Assembly (NCBI RefSeq): GCF_009914755.1
Contig: NC_060947.1
Source: the human T2T-CHM13v2.0 reference genome, Homo sapiens
DNA: 64,000 nucleotides
Direction: 5' to 3' (one strand)
Part shown: positions 1-13,689 of the stretch, in pieces
How positions within the stretch are numbered: the stretch's first letter is position 1
Layout: every line of letters begins with the position of its first letter
Notes under the pieces: generated by a model
What the model was told of the DNA's origin: nothing
Database searches by the model: none
Seen by the model: the letters and a program-made list of their open reading frames with translations, nothing else
Made by a program: the position numbers and the translations under genes

Positions 1-864
1 ACAGTTGTTTCAGCAATCCATTACTAGTATTTAAAAGTACACACATTGTCCTTTTGTAAATACATACAACAGCCATAAATTATAAAAAAATAGAAATTCA
101 AGGATAAAATGTTTGAAAAATGTGTTATTTAAGATTAGCAGTAAAATTGGATTTTCAAATAAATCCATGTTAACTAGGATTTACAATACAAGCCTGTACT
201 ATGAGTTGTAAAGCCAGGATTTTGAGAACTATGCTGCCACATTAAATTTATTCATTTTCACAGCCTGCAGACATTTTAATGCCTGAGTAGCAATAAGAAC
301 AAATTACCAAAAAAACTTTTAATAGGGTATAATAAATTAAGACTGAATGGTAATGCAAACGTGGGTACAACAGGACAAAATTATGAATCTCATATAATGA
401 CCCAACAACACTTAGAGTGTGGAAACAACGTTGGTATTCTGGGATATACGACCACGGTTAATCCTAATTGTTTTTCCCTTGTCAAATAGAAATTGCACAT
501 CAATCTCAAAGTATTACAAACTGTTCATTACATGCAAATGGTTATGTTCTGCAGGCTCTCCAAGGGGACTCAACCTTCTTTACAAAAGGAGCCAGGCTAG
601 AAGCAGAGTTTCTCTAATGACAGTAAGTATCCATTAGAGTTCCTCATATATAAGCAAGAGAGACTGCCTCTGATTCCCAAAGTCAGGTTTTCCCAAGTCA
701 GACTAGGTATCCCAGAGGTGTAATGGAGGACTGTCAATTAGGGGGCAGGAAAAATAACAGCTGGAAAAACAACCCACCATTTGTCCTAGGCCAGATCCAG
801 TACTTTCTGGAGTGTTTACTTACTGCCCTTTGCTTTAGACGTTGTGCCTTAAGACGTTGAACTC

Positions 865-975
865 ATGAGACTGTGAGCTCATAAAGAGAAAAGGAGCTCT
901 TAGTCAGCTCTGTATTCCTAGCAGCAAGCAGTATCTGCTTTGCACACAGTAGGATCACAATATATGTTTGTTACA
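865..975 (+). mobile_element. L2 3'-end relic
   Basis: gactgtgagctc...ctgtattcctagc...gcacacagtagg...caatatatgtttg resembles the L2 terminus. Boundaries approximate. Confidence 0.5.
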
Positions 976-3900
976 TGGGTTCTGGTATTTAACATATGCT
1001 CCAATGGGTAAGAGAACAGGGCCATCATATTGTTAAAGTATCAGACAATGTGAAAATTTTAAGTGCTCTGTACACAGAAGAGGTGAAGGAAGCTCAATGT
1101 AAGAGAGAATGTTTTGGCTATGAAAAGCAAGGACAAACTTGGAGATCATTTGTCTCAGGTAATACAATAAAAGTATCATTTTTAAATTTATTTATGTATT
1201 TATTCGTTCTACTGAATATTACATTTTCAATATATGAATCAATTTTTCTACGTACCGAGGTATATTGGTGATCGAGAAAGACCAAGTACCCAAAATATGT
1301 TCATTCTAATGGAAAAGATAATAAACATGAAAACACATACTACAGTTTCAGCAAGTGACAGAGTTATGAAGAAAGTTAAGCAGATCTCCCAGAAAGAGTT
1401 CAATTTTGTGTGTGTGCATGTGTGCGTACGTGTGTGCTTTCTTTAAGATGGGGGAGTTACAAAAGGCATATCTGTGAATATAAAATTAGAGCACAAATAT
1501 ATATAAAGGGAAGTGTACAAAAATTCTGAGAGGGAGTAGATTGGGACATGGTGAGAAACTGGAGATAGGGTAGAGCCCTCTGGTAGAGAGAAAAGCAAAT
1601 TTAAAGGTAGAAACAAGCATTCTAGGGAACAGTAAGAAGGGATGTGAAAAGAAAACACGAAGATCAATATGGCTGGAACATCGTCCTTGCAAAATATTAT
1701 TTCATGAAAATTACTTCTATTAACTTTAATCTTACATTTCATTAAATGACAATTTCTGCTTCTCATTGCTTCCAGAATGATGGTGCGCAGTTTTGTTTTG
1801 ATTTTTTCTATTTGGAATTTGCAATCAGCATTCTTCTCATTTTTTGTAGTCTCTTACTCTCTTGATAATTTCATGCTCTAAGAATGGGAATCCCTTAGGG
1901 ATGACATGTTTATCCTGCATTTTAAGCAGTTCTTTACCGTGGTTACTACAGTAAGTTATGTTTTTTTGTTCTTGCTTCTTTCCAATAATGTATGAAAATC
2001 TGTCATCTTCTTAAACATGCCATGCTGGACAACGGAAGTCTAATAACAAGCCACTGAAATTATCCAATTATTTTAATATACTTATTTCTGAAAGATACAC
2101 TTGATGGGCAAGGATTGAAAGCCCCTCTCGGAATTTCTGCCTGGTACCACACTCCCAGTAAATTGGTTATTTACTACTTCTGAAAAGATGGATAGGGGCC
2201 AAAAAGTTGCAGAGGAGTTTCCAAGCAGCAATAAAAGGGTAACAATATTTACGCAAGGATGAAGTGCCCAACTGTTTAACTGTATTAAGAGACTTAACTC
2301 TCATGCCACTACCAGCTAATAACTTTGAAAAGCTCATTTTAAAATGTATTCCCACACTTACACATTGCTGTAACCTTAAAGTAAGTGACTAGAGACAAAT
2401 TCTCTTAGCAGTAAATTTTCCGGCTGATTCCCTTATGCTAGTGTATGTCTTCTAGTTACAGAAACCAGGATAGCTTTGTGACCACAAAACAAAATCTTAT
2501 GAAATTTTATTACTGCTGGGGAAATATAAAGGACAAGCAATGGTATGAATTATTCTTAACGTTAGGGTCCCAGTGCAGGGCAACAGATGGTAGAAATATT
2601 TACTCCAGTGATTTTTCCATCAAAGTTTCTATCAGCATTTGAATCTCAGCAGTGTGGCTGTTAAGAAGCCGTCAAACTCAGCAGCCAGCTGGTGAAATCA
2701 CAATGTAAAAACTGACTATACAGAAAATATACTTGTATCTGATTTTTTTACATCATATGCCTTTTTCTAGATTATCCTTTAATTCAATCTGTATTAATAT
2801 AAATTCACTTACCTCCTATAGAGTTCTTTGAGGCAGTAGATTGCCATGTTAGGTGTATCCTAATAAAAATACGAAAACTCATTCTCTGTAGCAGATACTG
2901 TCAGTGACCTATGCACATCTATTCAGCACTCATCATTTTTGTACAAGTCAATGACCTTTCAACGGCAGTACCTGTTAGATAAGGGCTTTCTGGGCTGCGA
3001 GTGCTGAAAGCAAGGCGAGAAGAATGAGGAAACCTGGGTATTTCCATTAAGAGGAGGACGGTCTTTTCATGGACTCGCTTGTCTCAAACTTTTGAGCAGG
3101 AGTCACTCCAACTCCATTGTGCTCTCTGAATCTAAACTCTTCAGAATTGGGTCCTTTAAAAAGTGCTTTAGAATTTTCTTCAATCACTAATAACCATGGT
3201 AAGGTAAAGCTGAAGAGCAGCTAAAGGGAGAGCTGAAGAGCAGCTAAACTTGGCTTTGACATTTTTGTACTCTTTTTTTGCCTTCTCTCAACTCCAAAGC
3301 ACCAGTGTGCTCTTTCTTTCTCCCTTTTGTTCCTCATCTGAGAGATCACAGCAGGGTCACCATGCTATAACTACATGCTTTATATGTAATTTTCCATTCT
3401 CTCTGGACATTTCACATTTGAGAAAAGGGAGTGTATTTTTCTTCAATAGAATATGACGTTAAACTATAAGTTTTTCAACATTTGATGGTGGGACCATGTG
3501 AACATTAAAATATGACATATGTAATCCATATTTACTTCTGTATGCTCAATGACAATGAATAAATTTTTACTTTCATATCACAAAGTAAACAGTTTTTTAT
3601 TACATTTCTTTACAGCAACATATATAAATATATTGCACATTTACCATATAACATAGGTTATGGAGCAGTAAAACACACTAACATTGCAAAAGATACCAGA
3701 AAACCAATTAGCTTAACCTTAACAAGACTATATTTTTTCCCTAAAAACAGCAGTTTATTCATGTCAGAATAACACACTGGTGTTTCGCTCCCCATGTCTG
3801 CTTAACATTTGTTGATTTAAAGCCTAAAAAATTTCATCTAAACAATACCACTACTGTTAATGTCTTAAGGTCGATTTCAAATGGAATACCTTAAGATTTT

Positions 3901-4574
3901 AGGGTCTCAGGCTTGTATGTCTGCGACAACGTTCTGCAGGAAATACTGGTCATTTTTAATATGGTTCATTCAGCAGCATTATTTCATAAAACAGATGCCA
4001 TTTCCATTAATAAAAATATTCAGCTGGTTTAAATACTTAATCTAATGGTAATTGTTATTGTTTCTACTGGCAACTACAAACATTTTCCATCTCATTCTAT
4101 CATAGCCCATGTTTTAAAACTTATTTTTTCCTAGTCTCCAAGAACATGCTAGCTTTAAATGTTAGGGCATTTTATAATTTCTACTTTCCTATTTTCACTG
4201 AAGGGACTTGAAAGCACACAAATTCACCCTGTCAATATATGAGCTAACATTATTTGTGTCACTTTCCTTCATGGTGTTCAGCTTTTCCTTTGAAAACTCC
4301 CATTAACATTTCTTCTTGTTAGCTAGGAAATGAGTAGGCAGAAGTGTCAGCTATCTGAAACAGATGCGTTTGGCTGAATTGGAATTTTCCTCAATTCCTA
4401 ATCCAAGAGCCCTTATGCTTTGAGAAGAAATTATACTACATAAAAATAAGGTTTTATGAAATTTCCAGGTTGGTTTTTCTGCAGTGTGGATGTTTAGAGA
4501 CGATAATTCAGTAAATAAGTCTTAGTTTGTATTGATATGAACTAATCACTTATAAAGAGTGATTAGTTATAATA

Positions 4575-4780
4575 GGGGCTTACATTTAATGAGTAATTAT
4601 TTTGTGCAAAATGCTATTCCAAGTGGCTTTATACACATCTCATTTATATTTCCATTTTAGAGAAGAGAAATCAGAGACATGAAAAGAATTAAGATATTTT
4701 CACAAGATTCTACAACTATTAAGCTAAAGGACCTGGGATTTGAATCCAATCTTTCTGAGTCCAGCATTTAACCACTTAAC
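4575..4780 (-). mobile_element. MIR SINE relic
   Basis: catttaatgagt...ccattttagagaagagaaatcagag...ctgggatttgaatcc matches the reverse complement of the MIR core. Confidence 0.6.
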
Positions 4781-5864
4781 CCCCTTTCTAAACTTCTATT
4801 AGAGCCTCATGTGGATTGTCACTGTTTTGGTGGATGATAAAACTTTGTATATGCACTCAATTACTGCTTGTTTAGTGAATGCATTAAGAGATGCTGATAT
4901 CATTCAACGAATTTAATAAACCAATTTGAGTGGCATATAACATGATCAATATTTTTCTCAGGTAAAAAAATGGGATATTTTTAGAGAGGTTCTCCATAGT
5001 GGCATGGTATATTGCTCTGGAATATCTTCAAAAAGCACTAATTCATGTACTTAATTTTGTCTTTTACTTGCGACAGAGGAAAAAAAATAGAGTTGCATGG
5101 AACCAGATTATCTTTCTGCTGCTATTGGCAGTCAGTATATTTTGAATGATAACACTAAGTCTCAGTTAAAGCACTAAATTCTCTTCTTTAAAGTGAAAAA
5201 AATATGATGCAATTTGATCAAAATACATAGGGACAAGTTTACAACATATATCTATTTGTTTATTTCATATCTAAAAGTTATTTCTTTACTGAAAATTGTA
5301 CATATGAGGCTTCAGACTCCAACGTGCTTCTGCGTGTGTTTGTTTAATATATGGGCTGCTTGGTTGATTTTTTTCACAGTAACCATTACTGGCTCATGCC
5401 AAACAATTGCCTGCTAACAGCCACTGTCTACATCCTGTCTTCTAAAATAATTTCATAGTAAATATTGAAACTCATTCTCTTATTCATTATTAGTCAATCA
5501 ACAAAGGCCAAGATAGCAGAAATTACCAAAGCTTTGATTTGCCTTATCGATGAAGGTATCTTACGGGGTTGATTTTACCCATTTTACGATAATTACTCAG
5601 AATGGAAAGATAACCTAAGGTACATTATGTGCGTGTATATGTATTCATGTGTGTGTGCACGCTCATGTGTGTGCACATGTTCATATGCATGATTTTGGAC
5701 ATAAAATAACCAGGAAAGAAATACCTTAACTGTTTGGGGGGTTTGTGATATCATTCACAGCTCTTTTCTGAAAGAATTTTTCCTTGGACATCTAGAATGA
5801 TTTTTCTTATCTCATCTATAGATTGAGAAAAAATAGACTAAATAAAATGGTCTTTTTAAAATTA

Positions 5865-6160
<296 letters not shown>

Positions 6161-6339
6161 GTATCCAATTGAGGGGAAAAGTTTTGATAAAATGTTCATC
6201 AGTTTCAACTAAACCACACTGTCAAGAAATGAGGACCATTAGACATTCTCTGAAAATTTTAAATTATGATATATTCACAAAATTGTGTAATGTTAATGTA
6301 TTAAAAGATCAAATTACATCAAAATAGTTTGTTTTGGAC

Positions 6340-7590
6340 TTGTTTTCAAGTTGGAGTAAAGGAGGCTGAACTTAATCTCCTGCCTGAAACACCTGAAACA
6401 CTTAAAAAAAAAAAAAAAAGACAAAATATATGCTACAACGGTTTTCAACACATTGAACATCAGACATTGAAGGACAGTGATCCTTGCCAGGAGGCTTCTG
6501 TTAAAAGATGAAGCTGAGAGTTTCAGCAGCCCAAGGCTGACTAGTGATCACAGGGCAAAATACCAGAGAGGTGATATATACACAGAGGAAATTTTGGAGA
6601 TTTGTAGAAAGCTTTATTTTATTCTTCATCTGAGTCTTGATCAGTTCATGTATGCAAGAAAACCACTCAAAGCTAAGGAAAGAACTTCACAAAAGAATTA
6701 AAGGAAACAATCACCAGAGCTCACACGTGGCTAGTAATACCACCTGTTCCCACGAGCCCCAGTGAAAAATTTTATCATTCACAGGACATCAGAGAGAGTA
6801 CTCAGAAGGGTTTTGCCTCAGTAGTGGGGAAAAAGTAGCCCTAAACTTACACTGTTCTGGTCATAACAAAGCATAAAAGGAAGATTCTCAAAAGATCAAA
6901 TTGTTTCCAAGTGAATTAACTGTGTTCCAGAACGAGGTTTGAGAATATTTATTTCAATATATTTGAATTTATTTGAAGTATCAAGCACGCGCTAAGTTAA
7001 AATTCACAATGTCTGGCATATAGTCAAAAATTACCAGTCATCCAAAGAAGCAGTTAAACAACACACTTAATGAGGAGAAAAATAAATCAATTTAAATTAA
7101 CCCAGAATAGACACAGATGATAAAATTAGTAGAGAAGAATATTCTAACAGTTATTATATCTGTATTCCATATAGTCAAGAAAGTAAAGACTGAACATGTT
7201 GAGTAGACACATGGAAGAAATAAAAAGACCCAACTTTTACTTCTAAGAGATGAAAATGTCTGATGTTAAAAATATATACTACATGGGATTAGCCATAGAT
7301 TAGACTTTGAAAAAGATTAGTCAATTTGACAATAGAGATTATATAAAACAAATTACAGAGAAAAGAGAGACCAAACAGACAATGAACATAACATCAGTGA
7401 GTAGTGGGGCACTTTAAGGAGCCTAATAAATGTACAATTGGAGTTCCATTTTTTTTAAAAAAATGGTTGAAAGGTTTCTAAATTTGATGAAATGTTAAAT
7501 GCACAGATTCAAGAGCTTAACTGACTTCAAGAACAAGAAACATGAAGAAAACTACACCAAGTTACATCAAAACAAATTGCTTCATCGTAA
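6340..7590 (+). mobile_element. Ancient L1M 5'/ORF1-region fragment
   Basis: A-rich strand with decayed ORF1-like motifs (aattcacaatgtctggcat, gtacaattggagttcc, aagaaaactacaccaag). Boundaries approximate. Confidence 0.6.
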
Positions 7591-9087
7591 AAGTACTCCC
7601 TAGTTAACCTTCTACATACAAATCTCCATTTTACAATGGCTTTCCAAGAAACCCAGCCTGAAATATGTAGCAAAATTCATACTGAACAACTATCCTCCAA
7701 AGAGTAGAATGGAGGTACTTTTACAAATTTCTATGTTACTTGATTTTTTTCACAATAAGTACTAATTTGATAATAAAATATAAATTGAAATATATAACTA
7801 CCTTGGGTTGGATATCATTGAAAATGGCAAGTGGTTTCTATATCTACCCCAAAACATTTTATATAACTCTAATATGTTTCTGCCTCTCAGGCAGAAACCC
7901 CATTATGCTACATTAGCCCAAAATTCACTTCAGTGCTATTTTTAAAATGTATCTTCTATATTAAAGCAGATTGGGAATCCATACATTTCCTCTCTATACA
8001 AATGCCAACGCTGGTGTGCATGCAAGTTTGATTGATACACATATAATTACACAAGGTTTTAAAAATATTTTCTGTGTTTAAATAGCTTATCATATAAATA
8101 GGTGTTTAAATGCTTAACTCCTTAATATTAAAGGGCATATTTACTATGGAAACATATTTGAGAATGAAGACTTGTAAAGTCAAATGTGATACTGCTTTTG
8201 TGAATCCAGCATTTTGAAATATCTAAAGTATTTAATAAACTACTGGGTGTTTTTTGCCCTCATCTGTCTTAATCAGTATTTTCTGGCCTTAAAAATTGGC
8301 TACAATTCAAATCCACTTGATTGACTATTGCAACATGAACAATTTGAGCTAAAAAAGATGCAAAAATAATTAAGTCTTCGTGTAATAAACACAGTGTTTC
8401 TTATGCCTAAACTATGTAATTTAGCAACCAAATTATATCCTGGACAATCTAATCTATCTTTACCTGCATATTCAAAGGACACCACAAGTTGAAATTAAAC
8501 TACACACTGGTTATCATCCATATGCTGTTTCTCTATTAACATAAACCATAAAATGTCAATAAGTACCAACAATTAACTCTGCATTGTTTTGGCCTCTGGA
8601 CTATTTCAGAAGGCATTTTGTCAATAGAATATATAGAAATATTGCTACAGCACTACAAAATTGTCTTTAGGAAAACAGAACTGTAATTTTATCATGATGG
8701 ATATTTCTAGCAACTTCATTTTAGCTAAGTATGCCACAAGTTCTCCTTCTGGAAAGGTTCCAACATAAAGCCGAAATACACACTGCCCCAAAGCCACAAA
8801 ACACCTTGCTGTTACGATGCTTCCCTCTGTCACAGATTCAATTATATTTTGCAGTTTATCAGATAAACCAGCTCCGTCCAGGCAAACTCTCTCATCCTGA
8901 CACAAAAAGTCCATAGCACCGTGCTCTAATATTATCATTATGATAATTTTCTTTCTAGTAATATAATGATGACAACAACAGTCAAAAGTAATTTCCATCA
9001 CCCTTCAGAACCTGATCTTTAAGAAGTTAAAGAGTCCAGATGTGCTGAAGATAAATACAATTTCGAAAAAACAAATCAAAGACTTAC

Positions 9088-9235
9088 CTTAAGATACCAT
9101 TTGTATTTAGCATGTTCCCAATTCTCAGGAATTTGTGTCTTTCTGAGAAACTGTTCAGCTTCTGTTAGCCACTGATTAAATATCTTTATATCATAATGAA
9201 AACGCCGCCATTTCTCAACAGATCTGTCAAATCGC
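9088..9235 (-). CDS. DMD: Dystrophin exon 44 (148 nt; spectrin-like repeat R16/R17 region)
   Basis: The minus strand reads ...cttttacctgcag|GCGATTTGACAGATCTGTTGAGAAATGG...AAATGGTATCTTAAG|gtaagtc, 148 nt with canonical splice sites. It translates to (G)RFDRSVEKWRRFHYDIKIFNQWLTEAEQFLRKTQIPENWEHAKYKWYLK, recognised as human dystrophin. Confidence 0.98.
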
Positions 9236-9717
9236 CTGCAGGTAAAAGCATATGGATCAAGAAAAATAGATGGATTATGTAAAACAGATTATAGAGATAT
9301 AGCGTATATTTTTTGGTTATACTGACAAAGATATCACTCTGATAGTTTCCTGCATTTGCAGAGTTTAGTTTCAAGTAACAAATAAAAATTAATATACACA
9401 CCTAGCATGTACACACAACATTTTAAAAAAATACTCAATATAAAAGCTGATTTTAAATGGAAGGTTGCAATTTTTCCCTTTAAAATGAATATATTTATTG
9501 ATTAAAAGAAAGATAAAGCAACTATTTTGGACTATTGGCATTTTCTTTCCTAAAAATATATTTTTTTAATTCTAGAAATTTACAAATATCTTAACATTGT
9601 AATAAATTATTTGGAAGCAATATATTCCCTTTCAAAATATTTTTGGATAAAAATTACTTCATAAATTCTATCACTTTCAATATTATTCTTGATCCAAAAC
9701 TGCCTGTTCATCAACTG

Positions 9718-9965
9718 AAAGGAGTAATAAGTTCTAGTGTTCTATTGCATAGTAATATGAACAAAGTTACCAATATTGTGCTGTATATTTCAAAATAGTG
9801 AAAGAGAATTTTAAATTTTCTCACCACAGAGAAATTATAAATGTTTGAGGCTATGGATCTGCCAAGAAACCTGATTTGATCATTACACAATGAAACATTA
9901 CACTGAAACGTCACACTGTACCCCATAAATACATATAGTTATTACAAATAAAACTTTAAAAATAT
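9718..9965 (+). mobile_element. L1MA-type 3' end
   Basis: aataagttctagtgttctat...cctgatttgatcattacacaat...cacactgtaccccataaat followed by an A-rich tail. Confidence 0.7.
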
Positions 9966-10286
9966 AACTAAAATACCATTATCACACCAATAAATCAATA
10001 ATTCGTCACTATCATTAAAGATTCTGTCAATATTTAAAATAAGATGACAGATATAATTCATATTGTAGGCTCACATGTAAGCATTAAATAACCGATATAC
10101 TAAACTATGCGATGCCTTCTTTAATCCTTCTTATTTTATTGTAGTCACTAAAATTTTAGATTGGAATACTGCAGGAACTTAGTACAAGTCAAATGTGTTA
10201 ATACTACACATGGAAAGAATATTAGGAAACAAGCATTTGGTCACCTTCCAGTCATAAAAGAGACTGAGGCAGAAATAATATGAACC

Positions 10287-10488
10287 AGGGCTGTATGTTT
10301 ACCTAAGACAGTTGCACATAAGAATCAACTGGGGCATTTAAAACACAGCAACAACAATAACCAAACAGTGATCCTGGGGCTCCATTCCAGACCAACTTAA
10401 TCAGTATTTCTGGAGGTTGGACACTGACGCTGTTATTTTTCAAAGCATCCAGGTGATTTCAATGTACAGTCAAGGTGAAAAACACTGC
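10287..10488. mobile_element. MER5-type hAT-Charlie MITE
   Basis: agaatcaactgggg...ccagaccaacttaatcag...ccaggtgatttcaatgtacag...aaaacactg. Confidence 0.65.
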
Positions 10489-10789
10489 CGTAAAGTAAGA
10501 TTTGAAATCTTACTGGGCTTACAGTCTACCAGATTTCCTGGGGCCTGTCCAAGCAAGCATTTGTGAGCACAAAACCAATAGCCATCCTACAGATTACCGG
10601 CTATGGTGCTGCCTCAGAGTACAGGAATCTGTCAAGCTTTTCTGAACTCTATTCTTAAGAAGCAATGGATCATACTTTTGAATACCATGATATCTTTTCA
10701 GTCCTCTACCTTCATTCAGGAATTTAAAGTAACACTAGAAGTTTTAAATTGCTACATCTGCCTACTGATGTCCTGGGCAGAGAAAGGAA

Positions 10790-11025
10790 TTAACATTTAT
10801 TAAACAGTTACTAATAGCCAGGCACCGGGCTCTGTGCTTTTATAGTGCCAGACACATCATTTCATTGACACCTACAATAACCCTGCAGCATAACAATTAT
10901 TATTCCCATTTTCCATTGGAGAAAACAGAGGCCAAGTAATTTGCCAAAAGGTGAAAATGGTATTAAATAGTAGAGAGAGGCTTCTAACCCAAATATCTCT
11001 TGTTTCAATGGCACTTTTCTACCAG
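10790..11025 (-). mobile_element. MIR SINE
   Basis: aacatttattaaac...ccaggcac...attattattcccattttcc...gaaaacagaggcc...aatttgccaaaag. Confidence 0.7.
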
Positions 11026-13689
11026 TGCACATGCTCTCTTGTGAAATTATTTTTCCAAGATGAAGCTTCACTTTATCAGTTAAACAATTAAAAGTGATAG
11101 TTCTAGAGGTTTTTTCCCCTTATTTTTATTAACTACCCAAAATTTAATAATGTATCTACATGTACATTGCACTCATTGTATTTAATGAATAATTATATGC
11201 TTAACCTTTAAAATCTTGTAAAACAGACAGCATTTTGGTAGCATAAAAAAGGCAACCGAAGGTAGCCGAAGAGGTATTCTCTAACTGTAGTTAGTGAAAA
11301 ATAAGAATGTTGCCTTTGATGATTTATGGTATTCTAGAGTTATTCAGATACAATATATCCTTCCACAACAAAATGATCTTGCCAATGTTTTTGCATGTTT
11401 ACTAATAATTTAGCATTCATATATTTTCAATGGTATATAACACACAATAAATGACCTATGAATATATCGTAAGTTTATTCCCTTTAAAAATGAATTGCAC
11501 ATTGCATATGTTACATGCATTTGCATCACTGGAGTCAAAGAGTTGCTTTTGAATGAGAATCTAAAAATCTATGCAACATAGTTAGCATTGTTCCATACTG
11601 GTGAGACTATATTTTCTTATATAATTTTTCTATATTTTTCAATTTGTCTACAATGTGCTTTTCATATTGAGAGTCAGAAAAATGAAATAATTTAAAATTT
11701 TTTTTTAAATGGCAGTCTCATATGCAAATGACTGCTAACTCCAACCCTCCTCCTGCTACCACAGTCTGAGAAACAGTCAGCAGCTAACCAGAGCACAGAG
11801 AAGTACCAGTTGGTCACGACTTACCACTCCACCTTTGTAGCAACCATCAGTCTCCACTCTTGGTTTGCTGTTTTTCCTACCCAATCACTTGAACTATACT
11901 TTTGCCAACACTTTTAGCTACTAGGAGGTGACTGTTTCTCTGACATACTGCTATAAATGCCCATTCTTCATTTCAGGATCCTGTACACCTCAAAGATTTT
12001 CGATTTCAAACCTGTGGCACAGACTTGTTTCTCAATCACTCATCATATTGGTAATTGCCATCCTCTATCAAATTCAACAAATCCCCCTCTCACCCTGAAT
12101 TCTTTTCCTTTTTACAAGTTATCTACAAGTTATCTTTCCTTTACATTCTCCCAAGAGAAGAAAACCGTAAGGGTTCATACACTTGCTCATGGTATCCGTA
12201 GCTCTGTAAGACAGAGCTGGAGGTAGGAAGAGAAGGGGAACAGGCCTTCCACTTACACCATTGTTCCAGGCCCACAAGAGGGAGGCAGGATGGACTTTCT
12301 GCCCGACCCCTGCTACTGTCTTAGGACTTGTGAATTTGCATATCGGTAGCATATTTCTGAAATGCCCTTCTTCCCTTTTTCTCTCGTCTCCTCGTATAAT
12401 CCAAACTTTTGCATCCTCAAGGACCTAATAAAAATGACTTATGCTGTCACTTTATAAATATATAAATATGAAGTATTTATTACAGCATGCAACTGCTAAA
12501 CCTTTGAAAACTGTAAAGTTGATTTAATTTTATTATTGAAATTACTGTTGAAATAAGTAACTATTCAAACAAAATATTAAAGAATAAAATCATGGGCTTT
12601 ACATGTGATGACACTTAATGTGAGTAATAATACTTTAGACTCCATTTCAAGCCTCACATAAAATTTTAAAATACACTTTTCAGTATTTAATAGGTGCTGT
12701 TAATAGCACAGTCTAAATCTATTCTTGAATTTACTACGTAAAATTACATTTTTTATCATGACTACTTTTAAACTCTTTTCCACCAAGGAAAATTCCAAAT
12801 GAAAAAAATATATATATATTTTTTCTGGTTTTACAAAGTTAGATTTACCAATTTAATATCTAATTAGTCACTGTGCTCCCTAAATTTGTCTCGCTCCATT
12901 AATTGGGCTGCCCATGAATGAAGCAAATGGTAACAACGAGAAACAAGTAGAGACATCAAAAATAGCATTCAGGGAAACAAATATAATTTTTGCCTTCTGT
13001 AATATTTCTAGGAAAAAAAGTTTTTTTTCTTGGCAGTAAGAAGAAATATGGATGGAACTTAACAAAGGGCAAAAAAATGTCAGTATAAACATAAGGATAA
13101 TAAATCAAGTGATTTTAGAATTTTGCAAATATTAAAATTCTCATTCACCGTGCAACCGGTATTTAAAATTACACTGCTGCTTCATTTATGTGCAGCATAA
13201 CTTATTTTCTGATGTTCTAAATCAAGTTAGTCAGATTATTCTCAAGCATAAATTACATTTAGGGAGTAATTCGGTACTCTGGGGCATACTTTAACACTTT
13301 CGGGCCATTAAGGTGGTAGTAAATTCCATGAAATAGATTTAAATAAATAACACCCTAGTAGACTTCTGACATATCCATTGTTGCTTTATACTTCGGTCTG
13401 GAAACTCAGCATTGGACTGCTGATTATTTCATCCCATCCCACATATTTCGTCTTTGATTAGGTGAGGAGGAGGGACCTGAGCTCGTGTCTCATGGTCCAA
13501 ACTGTATGTGCGAATAAATAAAAGTTAGTTATCTGCCCCAAATCATAGTACCTTGCTACTTCTCCCCAACCCTCAACTTCCCAAGTAATACAAATATTTA
13601 GTAAAAGATAAGTATACTACCAATTATGAAGTACTTACCTCCTAAGGTTAATTGTGGGAGCTCAATAAATGAGTATATATAAATTTCTT

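Noticed and set aside
9186-9401. 71-aa minus-strand ORF overlapping exon 44
   Set aside because: Wrong frame and mostly intronic. The real coding frame is defined by the splice sites at 9235 and 9088.
13633-13645. Consensus minus-strand donor GAG|gtaagt
   Set aside because: I found no convincing partner acceptor at exon distance. Isolated donors are expected by chance.
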